From assembly GCA_964645815.1 (NCBI GenBank), contig CAZYCR010000002.1, positions 1 to 42,383 on the forward strand: a DNA stretch of 42,383 nucleotides, in the 5' to 3' direction. Source of the DNA: an uncultured Gammaproteobacteria bacterium (lineage in GTDB: Bacteria; Patescibacteriota; Patescibacteriia; UBA9934). The position numbers and the translations under genes are program-made. Below the pieces are notes generated by a model, which saw only the letters and a program-made list of their open reading frames with translations, had not been told where the DNA came from and did no database searches. Shown piece by piece: positions 16,489-26,932 of this stretch (position 1 is its first letter; the number at the start of each line of letters is the position of its first letter).

Positions 16489-19410
16489 ATGACTGATGAT
16501 TTACTCAAAAATCTCAACCCTGAACAGCTCAAAGCTGTCACTCATAAAAACGGGCCGCTGATGATTATTGCTGGTGCTGGAACCGGTAAAACAACCGTTA
16601 TAACTCAGCGAATTGCTTGGTTAATTGAGCAAGGTCTGGCTAAACCAGATGAGATTCTGGCTTTAACTTTCACCGAAAAAGCTGCCACGGAAATGGAAGA
16701 AAGAGTAGATCGTCTATTACCCATGGGTTATGTTGATCTCTGGATCTCAACCTTTCATTCTTTTTGCGAACGTCTTTTGCGGGAACATGCGCTCGAGATT
16801 GGCTTGCCACATGAGTTTAAACTGCTCAATGAGGTTGATACGCTATTGCTCATGCGTCGTAACTTCGATCGTTTTGAACTTGATTATTATCGACCTCGCG
16901 GCAATCCAACACGATTTCTTAAAGCTTTACTGCAACATTTTTCGCGAGTTAAAGATGAACTGGTGACTCCGGAGATGTACTTAAAATTTGTTGAAGAAAA
17001 ACAAGCTAATGCCGACAGTGCTGAAGGCGTAGCCGCGGAGGCACAAGGCGAAGAACTGGCAGAAATTGCCCGCCTTCAGGAACTGGCTAATGCCTTTCAT
17101 CAATATCAACAAATTCTTTTAGAAAACTCGGCTTTTGATTTTGCTGATCTGGTTTCTTATTGCATTGAGCTGTTACAAAAGCGACCAAATATTCTGAAGT
17201 ATTATCAAGATCAATTCAAATTTATTTTAGTTGACGAATTTCAAGATACCAATCATGCACAGTACGAATTAATAAAACTTCTGGCCCGACCAAAAGAAAA
17301 TATTACCGTTGTTGGTGATGATGACCAGTCAATTTATAAATTCCGCGGAGCATCTCTTTCAAATATTTTGCAATTCAAGGAAGATTTTCCAAAAGCTAAA
17401 AGTGTTGTTCTGAATCAAAACTATCGGAGTACAAAAGAAGTTTTAGACGCTGCCTATAAGCTGATCCAGAATAACAACCCGGAACGTTTGGAAATTAAGC
17501 AAAAAATCAACAAAGAGTTATTGCCAAATTCACCTGCAGCAGGTTTGGTTGAACATTGGCATTTTAATCAACTTGATGAAGAGGTGAGAGCAACAATTCA
17601 AAAAATACTTGATTTACGACAAGAAACCAAAGCTGCTTGGAGTGATTTTTGTATTTTAGTCAGAGCCAACGATAGTGCTGAACCGTTTACGACCATTATG
17701 GACAGGAGCGGAATCCCTTATAAATTCATGGCCATGTCCGGGCTTTACACCAAACCAATTATTCTCGATGCTTTGGCCTGGATGAGAGTTGTTGATCAGC
17801 CACACGACAGTCCTTCGATCTATCGAATTTTAAGCCACCCAGAAACCGGATTGCAGCAACACGAAATTGCTGAAATTACTTTGTTCAGCCGGCGAAAAGC
17901 CATGTCGCTTTGGGACACGCTGCAAAACTCTGGCCAGATTTTTAAACTTTCGGCCGATGCTCAAGCAAGAATCCATGAAATTATAAATATAATTAAAAAC
18001 TTGCAGACACTGGCAAAACGCTTGCCGGTGAATGAATTTTTTGTAGCTGTTATTAAGCAATCTGGTCTCTGGTCACATGTCGCCGGACTTTCAGAGGCTT
18101 TGCAAATTGAACAAAATGAATTGCTGAGACAATTTTACGCAAGACTGCGTAAATACGAAGCAGCCGCCGACGACAAAACGCTACATCACTTCCTGCTCGA
18201 ATTTGAACACGAACGTCAAGCTGGTGAAGTCGGGGCGCTTTCTCCTGATCAAGAAGCTGGGCCTGATGTTGTGAATGTCATGACCGTTCACGCTTCAAAA
18301 GGTCTAGAATACAAGTATGTTTTTTTGGTGAACCTTGTTGAGCAACGTTTTCCTTCGCAAAAACGGAGTGAACCTATCCCGATTCCGGAAGATCTTATTC
18401 CTGAAAGTTTACCTGAATCAGATCAACATCTGGCTGAAGAACGTCGTTTATTCTACGTCGGATTAACTCGTGCTCGGCATTCGGTTTTCTTGATGTCGGC
18501 AGACGATTACGGCGGCACCAGGAAAAGAAAAATTTCCCGCTTTGTTAGCGAACTTAACTTGGAAGCAAAAAAACAATCTTTTGCCTTACCACCAGAAAAG
18601 GTTGAGACTGGTGAAAAAACAGATAAACTAGAATTACCTAAAACGTTGAGTTTTACTCAGATTGCTGCTTTTTCGACTTGTCCACTGCAATACAAATTTG
18701 CTCACATTCTCAAAGTTCCGGTGTTTGGTCGACATAGTCTTAGTTTTGGAAAAACCATGCACAATACACTGCATCAGTTTATGAAAACCTGGAAGAATCA
18801 ACAGGCTCAACCGCAAGCTTCACTTTTTGAAAGTCAAAAAGTCACTGAAATGAAAATTCCGGCTCTGGATGAACTGTTGCAAATCTACCAAGAACAATGG
18901 ATCGACGAATGGTATCCAAATGAAAAAACAAAGGAGGAATACCGCGAAAAGGGAAGAGAGTCATTGACTGAGTATTGGAGGAAAATTTCTACTACACCAC
19001 CGACCGTCGAAGCTTTGGAAAAAGGATTTAGTCTAAAAATTGGCGGTGTCACGATGCGCGGTCGCATTGACCGAATCGATAAAGACGATGATGGTTACGA
19101 AATCATTGACTACAAAACCGGTTCAGCTAAAGACAAACTGGCCTGGCAAGACAAACGCCAATTGGTTCTCTACCAAATCGCGGCAGAAACTTGCTTTGAC
19201 CCTCCGCTCAAGATCAAACAACTCACTTATCATTATCTTGAGGATAATTCAACACAAAGTTTTTTGGCCACTGAAAAAGATAAAGAAAAGCCGGAAACTG
19301 AAATTATTGATACTGTTGAAAAATTAAGTAGCAGTGATTTTTCAGCCACCCCTGGTTTTCATTGCGGTTACTGCGATTTCAAAGACATTTGTGAATTTGC
19401 CAAAGATTAG
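16489..19410 (+). CDS. UvrD/PcrA-type superfamily 1 helicase fused to a C-terminal PD-(D/E)xK nuclease with Cas4/AddB-like Cys cluster
   Basis: Walker A AGAGTGKT, DEFQDT, and VHASKGLEY...VGLTRA. The C-terminus has GRIDRID...IIDYKTG and four Cys (CPLQYKF...FHCGYCDFKDIC). ATG 16489 is preferred, with an extended -10 (TGaTACATT) at 16469-16477. Confidence 0.9.
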   Translation: MTDDLLKNLNPEQLKAVTHKNGPLMIIAGAGTGKTTVITQRIAWLIEQGLAKPDEILALTFTEKAATEMEERVDRLLPMGYVDLWISTFHSFCERLLREHALEIGLPHEFKLLNEVDTLLLMRRNFDRFELDYYRPRGNPTRFLKALLQHFSRVKDELVTPEMYLKFVEEKQANADSAEGVAAEAQGEELAEIARLQELANAFHQYQQILLENSAFDFADLVSYCIELLQKRPNILKYYQDQFKFILVDEFQDTNHAQYELIKLLARPKENITVVGDDDQSIYKFRGASLSNILQFKEDFPKAKSVVLNQNYRSTKEVLDAAYKLIQNNNPERLEIKQKINKELLPNSPAAGLVEHWHFNQLDEEVRATIQKILDLRQETKAAWSDFCILVRANDSAEPFTTIMDRSGIPYKFMAMSGLYTKPIILDALAWMRVVDQPHDSPSIYRILSHPETGLQQHEIAEITLFSRRKAMSLWDTLQNSGQIFKLSADAQARIHEIINIIKNLQTLAKRLPVNEFFVAVIKQSGLWSHVAGLSEALQIEQNELLRQFYARLRKYEAAADDKTLHHFLLEFEHERQAGEVGALSPDQEAGPDVVNVMTVHASKGLEYKYVFLVNLVEQRFPSQKRSEPIPIPEDLIPESLPESDQHLAEERRLFYVGLTRARHSVFLMSADDYGGTRKRKISRFVSELNLEAKKQSFALPPEKVETGEKTDKLELPKTLSFTQIAAFSTCPLQYKFAHILKVPVFGRHSLSFGKTMHNTLHQFMKTWKNQQAQPQASLFESQKVTEMKIPALDELLQIYQEQWIDEWYPNEKTKEEYREKGRESLTEYWRKISTTPPTVEALEKGFSLKIGGVTMRGRIDRIDKDDDGYEIIDYKTGSAKDKLAWQDKRQLVLYQIAAETCFDPPLKIKQLTYHYLEDNSTQSFLATEKDKEKPETEIIDTVEKLSSSDFSATPGFHCGYCDFKDICEFAKD

Positions 19411-19412
19411 CT

Positions 19413-19784
19413 ATGAGTCAATTTAATTACCGTCCAGCCAGAAAAAAACCGACCAGATTTCATATGAAGCCAACTAGCCTGGCTAATTTGGCGGCCGGTG
19501 TTTTAGCGCGACATCGTATTACCCGCCAAGTAACTGCGGCCATGGTTATTCAAAGCATCAACCGTTATATCGAAGATAATGTTGGAGAGCCTCTAAAATA
19601 CGATCTGAGAGCGCTTTCGTACATCGATCAAGTTGTTCGTTTGGCTTGTAAAAATCCTACCGCGGCTTATGCAGCAAAAGATTTTTCTGAACCAATTCAA
19701 AATCATCTGAAAGCTGAGTTTCCTGACTTAGCCATTGTTGAAGTACGTTTTATTCTCAATCAAGATCCTTGGATGGAATATTAG
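19413..19784 (+). CDS. hypothetical protein, possibly DUF721/DciA-like
   Basis: 123-aa ORF. The call rests on general resemblance only and was not verified. Confidence 0.4.
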   Translation: MSQFNYRPARKKPTRFHMKPTSLANLAAGVLARHRITRQVTAAMVIQSINRYIEDNVGEPLKYDLRALSYIDQVVRLACKNPTAAYAAKDFSEPIQNHLKAEFPDLAIVEVRFILNQDPWMEY

Positions 19785-19803
19785 GAACTGCTATAATTCA
19801 TCC

Positions 19804-20190
19804 ATGAATCTCAAACAATACATCACACTATTTGCGATTGGCACAACGATTGGTTGGAGCGCTTGGGTCTTGGTTATCTTAAGTATTGATCCAAGTACCA
19901 CGGGTATTTTGGGTGTTTTAATTTTTTATGTTTCATTGGCGATTGGATTTGGCGGTTTACTAACAACCATTTCAACGATTATTAGATTTCTCAGATTTCC
20001 AGAACGTGATACAGAAGAGATCGTGTTAACCTCCCTCAGGCAAGCTTTTTTATTAACCGCTTTAGTAATTGGGGCCTTAATCTTGTCTAGTTATGGATGG
20101 TTAATTTGGTGGCGCATGCTGATTCTGGTTGGAGTTGTGATCTTGATTGAATTAGCCTTTATAATTCGCCATAAAAACGGCCAAAAATGA
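19804..20190 (+). CDS. integral membrane protein, unknown function
   Basis: Four hydrophobic segments. ATG 19804 is preferred over the upstream start, which overlaps the previous gene. Confidence 0.55.
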   Translation: MNLKQYITLFAIGTTIGWSAWVLVILSIDPSTTGILGVLIFYVSLAIGFGGLLTTISTIIRFLRFPERDTEEIVLTSLRQAFLLTALVIGALILSSYGWLIWWRMLILVGVVILIELAFIIRHKNGQK

Positions 20191-20194
20191 CGGC

Positions 20195-20223
20195 TTGAAA
20201 CATAGAACCCATTCAGTTAAAAT
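20195..20223 (+). promoter_or_regulatory. mreB promoter (TTGAAA-17 nt-TAAAAT)
   Basis: Hexamers at 20195-20200 and 20218-20223. The leader contains the hairpin ATAGGTACC/GGTGCCTAT. Confidence 0.5.
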
Positions 20224-20249
20224 AGGTACCTAGCCAAAAGGTGCCTATT

Positions 20250-21302
20250 ATGTTGAATAAATTTTTAGGGCGTTTTTCAGAGGATATCGGTATTGATCTA
20301 GGAACTGCCAATACTTTGGTTTATGTTAAAGGAAAGGGTGTTGTCATGAACGAACCGTCGATCGTGGCTCTCAACACTCGTACCAATCAAATCGTTGCTG
20401 TCGGACATACTGCCAAGGACATGCTTGGAAAAACTCCACCGCATATCATCACCACCAGGCCGCTAACCAAAGGCGTAATTTCTGACTTCGAAGTCGCTGA
20501 GAAATTACTGAAGTATTTTATCGATAAAATTCATGAGGATTCTTTTACCATTGTTCCAAGACCAAGAGTTGTCATTGGAGTTCCTTTAGAAATTACTGAG
20601 GTTGAAAGAAAAGCGGTCGAAGACGCTGCACTCGGGGCAGGAGCCAGAGAAGTGATTTTGGTGGAAAGCACCATGGCTGCAGCGATCGGTGCCAGACTCC
20701 CTATCACAGAATCGGTTGGTAGCATGATCGTCAACATTGGTGGCGGTACAACAGAAATTGCTGTTATCTCACTCAGCGGTGTTGTTACTTGGAAATCTCT
20801 GACCGTTGCTGGTGATGAAATGACAAAAAACATTTCTCAATACGCCAGAAACGTTTTCAACCTTCTCGTTGGTGAACGTGTGGCTGAAATGGTCAAATGT
20901 CGTATTGGAAGCGCCATTGAACTAGATGAACCAGTTGAAATTGAAATGCGTGGCCGCGACTTAATAACCGGTCTCCCAAGCCAAGTTTATATTAACGACG
21001 GTCAAATCAGAGAAGCACTGCATAAATCAATCAGAACAATTATCGATAACATTAAGGCGACTTTAGAAGTTACGCCACCGGAACTAGTTGCAGATATTTA
21101 TGAAAGGGGGATCGTTCTGGCTGGTGGCGGGTCGTTGCTCAAAGGTTTTGACCAGTTAATTTCGAAAGAAGCTGATATTCCGGTTCGCTTAGCTGAGGAT
21201 CCAATTACCGCTGTTGTCCGCGGTACCGGCGCTTTGCTCGATGACCCGGATCTTTTGCGTGATGTTACTTTGCCTTCAACTTCAGACGAACAATTTTCAT
21301 AA
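20250..21302 (+). CDS. mreB: rod shape-determining actin homolog MreB
   Basis: DIGIDLGTANTLVY, GGGTTEIAV and LAGGGSLL motifs. Confidence 0.95.
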   Translation: MLNKFLGRFSEDIGIDLGTANTLVYVKGKGVVMNEPSIVALNTRTNQIVAVGHTAKDMLGKTPPHIITTRPLTKGVISDFEVAEKLLKYFIDKIHEDSFTIVPRPRVVIGVPLEITEVERKAVEDAALGAGAREVILVESTMAAAIGARLPITESVGSMIVNIGGGTTEIAVISLSGVVTWKSLTVAGDEMTKNISQYARNVFNLLVGERVAEMVKCRIGSAIELDEPVEIEMRGRDLITGLPSQVYINDGQIREALHKSIRTIIDNIKATLEVTPPELVADIYERGIVLAGGGSLLKGFDQLISKEADIPVRLAEDPITAVVRGTGALLDDPDLLRDVTLPSTSDEQFS

Positions 21303-21311
21303 TTTCTTTCT

Positions 21312-22142
21312 TTGCCGATTCTCAATTTAAAAAAAATATTCGGATATCTAAATCAGCTGAGAGGTGTGACGATTTTTGTTTTGGTCATCTTAATTTTTAT
21401 TATCCTTAATCAATTTTCTTTTTTTAAACCAGTGACAAGTAATCTCCAGTTTGTCTTTTCAACAGTTTCCAGATTCACCAATGAAATCTATGAACGCGTT
21501 ACAACTTCACCGGATTCACTTCGTTCGCAGATGAACGAAATGCAGCGAAAACTAGTTGCCCAAAGTATTAATGCCTCTCGTTTGGCACAACTCGAAGATG
21601 AAATTCTCGAACTCGAAACAGAGCTGGGCTATCAGGAAAATTTATCTTCCCGCACAATCAGCGCAAAAGTTTTAGCCAGATCGGCTGATAAAACACAAAA
21701 TCTTTTGATTGATAAAGGTAGTCGTGACGGTTTACGACCAGGTTTAGCCGTCGTTGTTGATGATGGAGAATTGATTGGTATTGTGAGCGAGGTTGAAAAA
21801 AATACCGCTCAGATCAAATTGATTTCCGACCAAACAAGTAAAATTCCAGCCATGATTCTTAACGGAGAAAAAACTGTTGGGTTAGTGGAGGGGAAGGGCG
21901 GTTTTCTTTTAATTATGGATTTTATCCCGACCGAAACAGAGATTAATGTTGATCAAATCATTGTTACATCCGGTCTTGAAGGTCTTATTCCAGCCGGATT
22001 AGTTATTGGTTCTGTGAGTGAGGTTGATCGTGTTGATACTGAGTTATTTGTCTCTGCCGATATTGAACCATTCGTTGATCCGAATAATTATCGACGTGTT
22101 TTGATTATCGATCCTTTTGCCGATTCTGAGTATGATTCTTGA
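21312..22142 (+). CDS. mreC: rod shape-determining protein MreC
   Basis: N-terminal TM helix, then a coiled coil, then beta-rich domains (VVDDGELIGIVSEV, VTSGLEGLIPAGLVIG), directly downstream of mreB. TTG start as in the ORF track. Confidence 0.85.
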   Translation: MPILNLKKIFGYLNQLRGVTIFVLVILIFIILNQFSFFKPVTSNLQFVFSTVSRFTNEIYERVTTSPDSLRSQMNEMQRKLVAQSINASRLAQLEDEILELETELGYQENLSSRTISAKVLARSADKTQNLLIDKGSRDGLRPGLAVVVDDGELIGIVSEVEKNTAQIKLISDQTSKIPAMILNGEKTVGLVEGKGGFLLIMDFIPTETEINVDQIIVTSGLEGLIPAGLVIGSVSEVDRVDTELFVSADIEPFVDPNNYRRVLIIDPFADSEYDS

Positions 22143-22641
22143 AATCATTACAGCTTTTTTATTTATTCTGAGCGTTCTTGTCCAACTTAGCTTGGTCAAT
22201 TCTTTAATTTATCCCCTGGTGCTATTTCCTTTTCACTTTTTGATTGGCCTCCTGATTTTTCATCGAACAAAAATCGAATTTGGTGTTGCCTGGTTTATTT
22301 TGAGTGCCGTTGTACTGCCATTCTTTGGTTTTAACCAATTTTTCTGGTGGTCATATATAATTATTGCTTTTTGGGGATACTTTTTACTTAAAAAACTTTT
22401 TACTACTCGATCTGTTTATGCTTTGGAAGGATTTGGCCTAACGATGTATTCCAGCTTTATTTTTTTGAATGTGCTACCTTTTTGGCTCAGTCGTGTATTA
22501 ACAAACAGTGGTCAAACCAGTTTTATAACTGGCAGAAGTTTCTTAATAAGCTTGGCCATGCTTTTTGTAGCCTTGTATTTTGGTTTTCTAATTTCCAGAC
22601 TGTTGGAAAAGCTTACCAGCCAATTAATTCTCACCAAATGA
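22132..22641 (+). CDS. mreD: polytopic membrane protein, MreD by position
   Basis: Hydrophobic ~170-aa ORF between mreC and PBP2. Its start overlaps the mreC stop. Confidence 0.55.
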   Translation: MILEIITAFLFILSVLVQLSLVNSLIYPLVLFPFHFLIGLLIFHRTKIEFGVAWFILSAVVLPFFGFNQFFWWSYIIIAFWGYFLLKKLFTTRSVYALEGFGLTMYSSFIFLNVLPFWLSRVLTNSGQTSFITGRSFLISLAMLFVALYFGFLISRLLEKLTSQLILTK

Positions 22642-24587
22642 AATTTTTTCGCCGACAAAAAAGTGACTTGTTTAACATTCAACCAGATTTCCAACCTGAG
22701 AGTCTTTCGAATTCGTTAGAAGATGCGATTTTTGAAGAAGCCATAGCGGAACACCCACACTCGGCTCACGAACCAAACCGCTCCTTCGTTGGTCCAGTGA
22801 TTGAACGTCGACGCTTTGTTCTTTCATTTATTATCATTGCAGTTATTTTTTCTGTTTTTCTTATCCAACTCACATCAATGCAAATTGTCCATGGTGCCGA
22901 GTATCGCTTGCAAGCAGAAAATAATCGCACCAGAATTCGTACAATTCCGGCTAGCCGAGGTGTTATTTATGATGACCAAGGAAAAATTCTTGCTAGTAAT
23001 GAACCGACTTTTGAAATTACCACCTCAAAAAAACAACTCCCACCGCAAAAAGACGGAGCGCGAGACAAGCTTTTGACTAACTTGGCAATCCTTCTCGATG
23101 ATAAAGTTGAAAATTTCCAGGCGGCGATTGATGAAGCTGAAAGCATTGATGACCAGATACTCTTGGCTACCGACGTACCATACGATACAGCCATGGAACT
23201 TTATGCAACCTTAGACCAATATCCTGGCATCGATATCGAGCTTCGTTCACGTCGAACTTATGTGACAGATCTCATTCCATCTCTATCCCACGTTCTTGGC
23301 TATACTGGAATTATGAATGCCCAAGAATGGACTGAACTCAAAGATAAAGGCTATCGGTCTTTTGATCATTTAGGTAAGCACGGGCTTGAGAAGTCATATG
23401 AATCATATTTGCGCGGACAAAACGGTCAAGAAGTTTTAGAAGTTAATGCCTTGGGTCAATCCGAAAGAATTGTCTCTGTTACTTTGCCTGTTGACGGTGA
23501 AAATTTATATCTCTCACTCGATAGCGCTTTGCAATCCTACATCGAAGAAGTGCTAGCCGCTCGCATGGAAGGTACGGTAGCCAGTAGAGCCTCTGTGATT
23601 GTGATGGATCCGGCTGATGGTTCGATCAAAGCTTTGGTCTCCTGGCCAGCATATGACGCGAATCTTTTCACCGAAGGTATCGACAGCGAAAGTTATCAAG
23701 CACTTGTCAGCGATGAAAATTTACCGCTTTTTTCACGAGCTATTTCTGGAGAATTCCCGTCAGGCTCTACTATCAAACCTGTTTTTGCGTCAGGTGCGCT
23801 AATCGATGGCATTATCGATACTTCAACCACTTTTCTTTCAACCGGCGGTATCTCGGTTGGACCTTGGTTTTTCCCTGATTGGCGGCCAGGCGGCCATGGC
23901 ATAACTGATGTCTACTGGGCGATTGCAGATTCGGTTAATACCTTCTTTTACATGGTTGGTGGAGGTAATGAGTCTTTCACCGGTCTTGGTTTGGAAGGTT
24001 TAATGCGCTGGGCCAGAACTTTTGGCTTTGGCTCACCGACTGGCATAGATCTTCCGGGTGAAGCTGATGGATTTTTGCCTAGCAAAGAATGGAAACTCGA
24101 GACAAAAGGCGAAGTTTGGTACATCGGCGATACTTATCACGTAGCTATTGGCCAAGGTGATTTGATTGTTACGCCACTCCAGATAGCTCGAGCGACAGCA
24201 GTCTTTGCCAATGGCGGGTATTTAATAACCCCGCATTTAAACTCGCAACTAACTTATCCTGAAAATCAAGTAATCCAAGAAGAAGTAGCAGATATTGTAG
24301 CTTCGGCCATGCGCCAAACAGTTACTCATGGATCTGCCACTTCGCTTAATTCTGTCCCAGTTGCCGTAGCCGGTAAAACCGGTACTGCACAATGGAGCAG
24401 TAATGAAGCCAATCATTCTTGGTTTACCGGTTTCGCGCCTTACAAGGACCCAGAAATTGTTATCACCGTTTTAGTCGAAGAAGGTGGCGATGCTAGCCTA
24501 GCCGTACCTGTAGCTCGCGATATTTTGAACTGGTGGTTCGCTCCGGGACGAAATAGTTCGGATTTTATTGACAATTCGGCCAACTAA
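22638..24587 (+). CDS. mrdA: penicillin-binding protein 2 (elongasome transpeptidase)
   Basis: SxxK (SGSTIKP), SxN (DSVN) and KTG (GKTGTA) motifs. ATG 22638 overlaps the mreD stop (ATGA). Confidence 0.9.
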   Translation: MKFFRRQKSDLFNIQPDFQPESLSNSLEDAIFEEAIAEHPHSAHEPNRSFVGPVIERRRFVLSFIIIAVIFSVFLIQLTSMQIVHGAEYRLQAENNRTRIRTIPASRGVIYDDQGKILASNEPTFEITTSKKQLPPQKDGARDKLLTNLAILLDDKVENFQAAIDEAESIDDQILLATDVPYDTAMELYATLDQYPGIDIELRSRRTYVTDLIPSLSHVLGYTGIMNAQEWTELKDKGYRSFDHLGKHGLEKSYESYLRGQNGQEVLEVNALGQSERIVSVTLPVDGENLYLSLDSALQSYIEEVLAARMEGTVASRASVIVMDPADGSIKALVSWPAYDANLFTEGIDSESYQALVSDENLPLFSRAISGEFPSGSTIKPVFASGALIDGIIDTSTTFLSTGGISVGPWFFPDWRPGGHGITDVYWAIADSVNTFFYMVGGGNESFTGLGLEGLMRWARTFGFGSPTGIDLPGEADGFLPSKEWKLETKGEVWYIGDTYHVAIGQGDLIVTPLQIARATAVFANGGYLITPHLNSQLTYPENQVIQEEVADIVASAMRQTVTHGSATSLNSVPVAVAGKTGTAQWSSNEANHSWFTGFAPYKDPEIVITVLVEEGGDASLAVPVARDILNWWFAPGRNSSDFIDNSAN

Positions 24588-24603
24588 GCTATCATAACAA
24601 AGT

Positions 24604-25068
24604 ATGAATCAAGTTAATTATATTTCGGCCGAAGGCTTGGAAAAGCTCAAAGAAGAGCTTGAATATCGAAAAACAGCCTTGCGTAAACAAATCTCAAATG
24701 AGATCGCCGTTGCCAAAGAGCAGGGCGATCTTTCGGAAAACTTTGAATACCAAGATGCCAAAGAGCGTCAAGGAAGTAATGAGGTTAGAATTGGTCAATT
24801 GGAGCAAGAAATTTTGAATTCAGTAGTCGTTGAATCTAAGTCAGGTGAAACAGAAATTTCACTGGGCTCAACGTTTAAAGTTGAAATTGACGACGGAAAA
24901 ACACAAAGTTTTGAACTCGTTGGTTCCACCGAAGCTGATCCAATGCAAGGAAAAATCAGTAATGAATCTCCGATTGGTAATGCTTTTTTGGGCAAAAAAG
25001 TTGGAGACATTGTTGAAGTAGATGTTCCATCAGGCACCAAACAATACAAAATTCTATCAATCGAATAA
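24604..25068 (+). CDS. greA: transcription elongation factor GreA
   Basis: 154 aa with an N-terminal coiled coil containing GDLSENFEYQDAKE and a C-terminal FKBP-like domain. Confidence 0.95.
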   Translation: MNQVNYISAEGLEKLKEELEYRKTALRKQISNEIAVAKEQGDLSENFEYQDAKERQGSNEVRIGQLEQEILNSVVVESKSGETEISLGSTFKVEIDDGKTQSFELVGSTEADPMQGKISNESPIGNAFLGKKVGDIVEVDVPSGTKQYKILSIE

Positions 25069-25070
25069 TT

Positions 25071-26561
25071 ATGATCCCAGAAGAGATTGTTCGACGCGAA
25101 CGGCTGCACAAAATTCGTGAGACAAAAATTAATCCATATCCTGCACAGACCAAAAGAACGCACATGATTTCAGATGTGCTTTTGCATTTTGAGGAGCTGG
25201 AAAAAAGTCAGGAGGTGGTTACTATTGCTGGCCGCATTCGTACTCTTAGGAAACACGGCGGACTAACATTTTTAAATCTTGAGGATAAAACAGATAAAAT
25301 CCAAGTCGCACTTAAGAGAGATGTTATCGGCACCGAGAATTATTTATTTTTTCACGATGTTGTTGACGTCGGTGACTTTTTAGAGATTTCCGGCTCTGTT
25401 TTTGTCACGCAACGCGGTGAACAAACTTTAAATACCGACACATGGACAATGCTAACCAAATCATTATTACCTTTGCCTGAAAAGTGGCATGGGCTAACTG
25501 ACACGGAAAAACGTTATCGTTACCGCTATCTCGATCTTTTAGCAAACCCTTCTGTCATGAAAAATGCAAAGTTACGAGCTGAGATTGTAAAGACGATGCG
25601 ACAATTTCTAGAAGAAGAGGGATTCATCGAAGTTGAAACTCCAATTTTACAGCCAATCGCCGGCGGAGCAGCAGCTCGACCGTTTGTAACACACCACAAC
25701 ACACTACATCACGATTTCTACTTGCGAATTGCACCAGAGCTTTATTTAAAGCGGCTGATAGTTGGTGGTTTTGAAAAAATATTTGAGTTTGCTCGATGTT
25801 TCCGCAACGAAGGGATTAGTCCGCAACACAATCCGGAGTTTACTCAGGTAGAACTTTATTGGGCTTATGCCACAGTCGAAGACTTAATGGACCATATCGA
25901 AAGAATGCTCCAAAAAATCTGCAACGATGTCATTAAAACTGACACGATCGATTTAGACAATAAGAAAATTACTTTTTCATTTCCACTACCGCGCCGTTCT
26001 TTCCACGATCTCATAGAAAAAGAAACGGGCGTTGATTTAGACCAAATTAGAGACGAAGAAGCATTGAGAAAAATTCTCAAAGACCGAAACATGGATGTCG
26101 AAGATATTGTTGGTTATGCTGAGTTAGCAGATCACCTTTGGAAGACAGAAGTCCGGCCAAAAATTGTTGAACCAACTTTTGTTACCGATTACCCGGCATC
26201 GATGAAGCCTTTGGCTAAACGTCGTGAAGATGCTCATTATAGTGCCAGCGTACAACTCCTCATCAACGGCATGGAAGTTTGTAATGCCTTTAATGAGCAA
26301 AACGATCCAATTGAGCAGGAAGAAATTTTTGACGAACAAGAAAGCCTACGAGAGCGGGGAAGTGAAGAGGCACAAACAATCGATCATGACTTTTTGAAAG
26401 CCTTAAAGCACGGTATGCCGCCAATGGCCGGCTATGGCATTGGAATTGACCGCTTGGTAGCAATTTTAACTGGATCTGATAATCTCAAAGAAGTTATTCT
26501 TTTCCCAACTTTGAAGCCAATTCCTTATGAAGAAGATAGTGATGACCTTCGGGACGTTTGA
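25071..26561 (+). CDS. lysS: lysyl-tRNA synthetase, class II
   Basis: OB-fold N-terminus plus class II motifs (FIEVETPIL, FRNEGIS, GYGIGIDRL). Confidence 0.95.
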   Translation: MIPEEIVRRERLHKIRETKINPYPAQTKRTHMISDVLLHFEELEKSQEVVTIAGRIRTLRKHGGLTFLNLEDKTDKIQVALKRDVIGTENYLFFHDVVDVGDFLEISGSVFVTQRGEQTLNTDTWTMLTKSLLPLPEKWHGLTDTEKRYRYRYLDLLANPSVMKNAKLRAEIVKTMRQFLEEEGFIEVETPILQPIAGGAAARPFVTHHNTLHHDFYLRIAPELYLKRLIVGGFEKIFEFARCFRNEGISPQHNPEFTQVELYWAYATVEDLMDHIERMLQKICNDVIKTDTIDLDNKKITFSFPLPRRSFHDLIEKETGVDLDQIRDEEALRKILKDRNMDVEDIVGYAELADHLWKTEVRPKIVEPTFVTDYPASMKPLAKRREDAHYSASVQLLINGMEVCNAFNEQNDPIEQEEIFDEQESLRERGSEEAQTIDHDFLKALKHGMPPMAGYGIGIDRLVAILTGSDNLKEVILFPTLKPIPYEEDSDDLRDV

Positions 26562-26931
26562 TGGTTTGCATCCAGGACACCTTTTTTTGCTGACAAAGGC
26601 TAGGGAATTAGGTGATGAATTGACTGTCGCCCTGGCGCTCGATAAAACTGTTAAACAGCTCAAAGATAAACCAACAAAATTTAATTTCCGTGAACGACAG
26701 ATGGCTTTGGAAGATTCAAAATTAGTTGATCTGGTTATTCCGGCTGATAAAAAATTAGGCAGCTACAAGACAGTGAAAAAAATAAAACCAGATATTATCA
26801 CTCTTGGCTACGACCAAGTCGAACTCAAAAACGATCTTGAAGCGTGGATTCAATTAAACGATGAACCAATCCAACTTATTACGCTTCCAGCCCTAGAACC
26901 AAATAAATACAAATCTTCAATTCTCAATTAA
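26527..26931 (+). CDS. cytidylyltransferase-family nucleotidyltransferase (FAD synthetase/RibL-like)
   Basis: GTFDGLHPGH (HxGH-type) motif near the N-terminus. Overlaps the lysS 3' end by 35 nt. Confidence 0.7.
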   Translation: MKKIVMTFGTFDGLHPGHLFLLTKARELGDELTVALALDKTVKQLKDKPTKFNFRERQMALEDSKLVDLVIPADKKLGSYKTVKKIKPDIITLGYDQVELKNDLEAWIQLNDEPIQLITLPALEPNKYKSSILN

Positions 26932-26932
26932 T

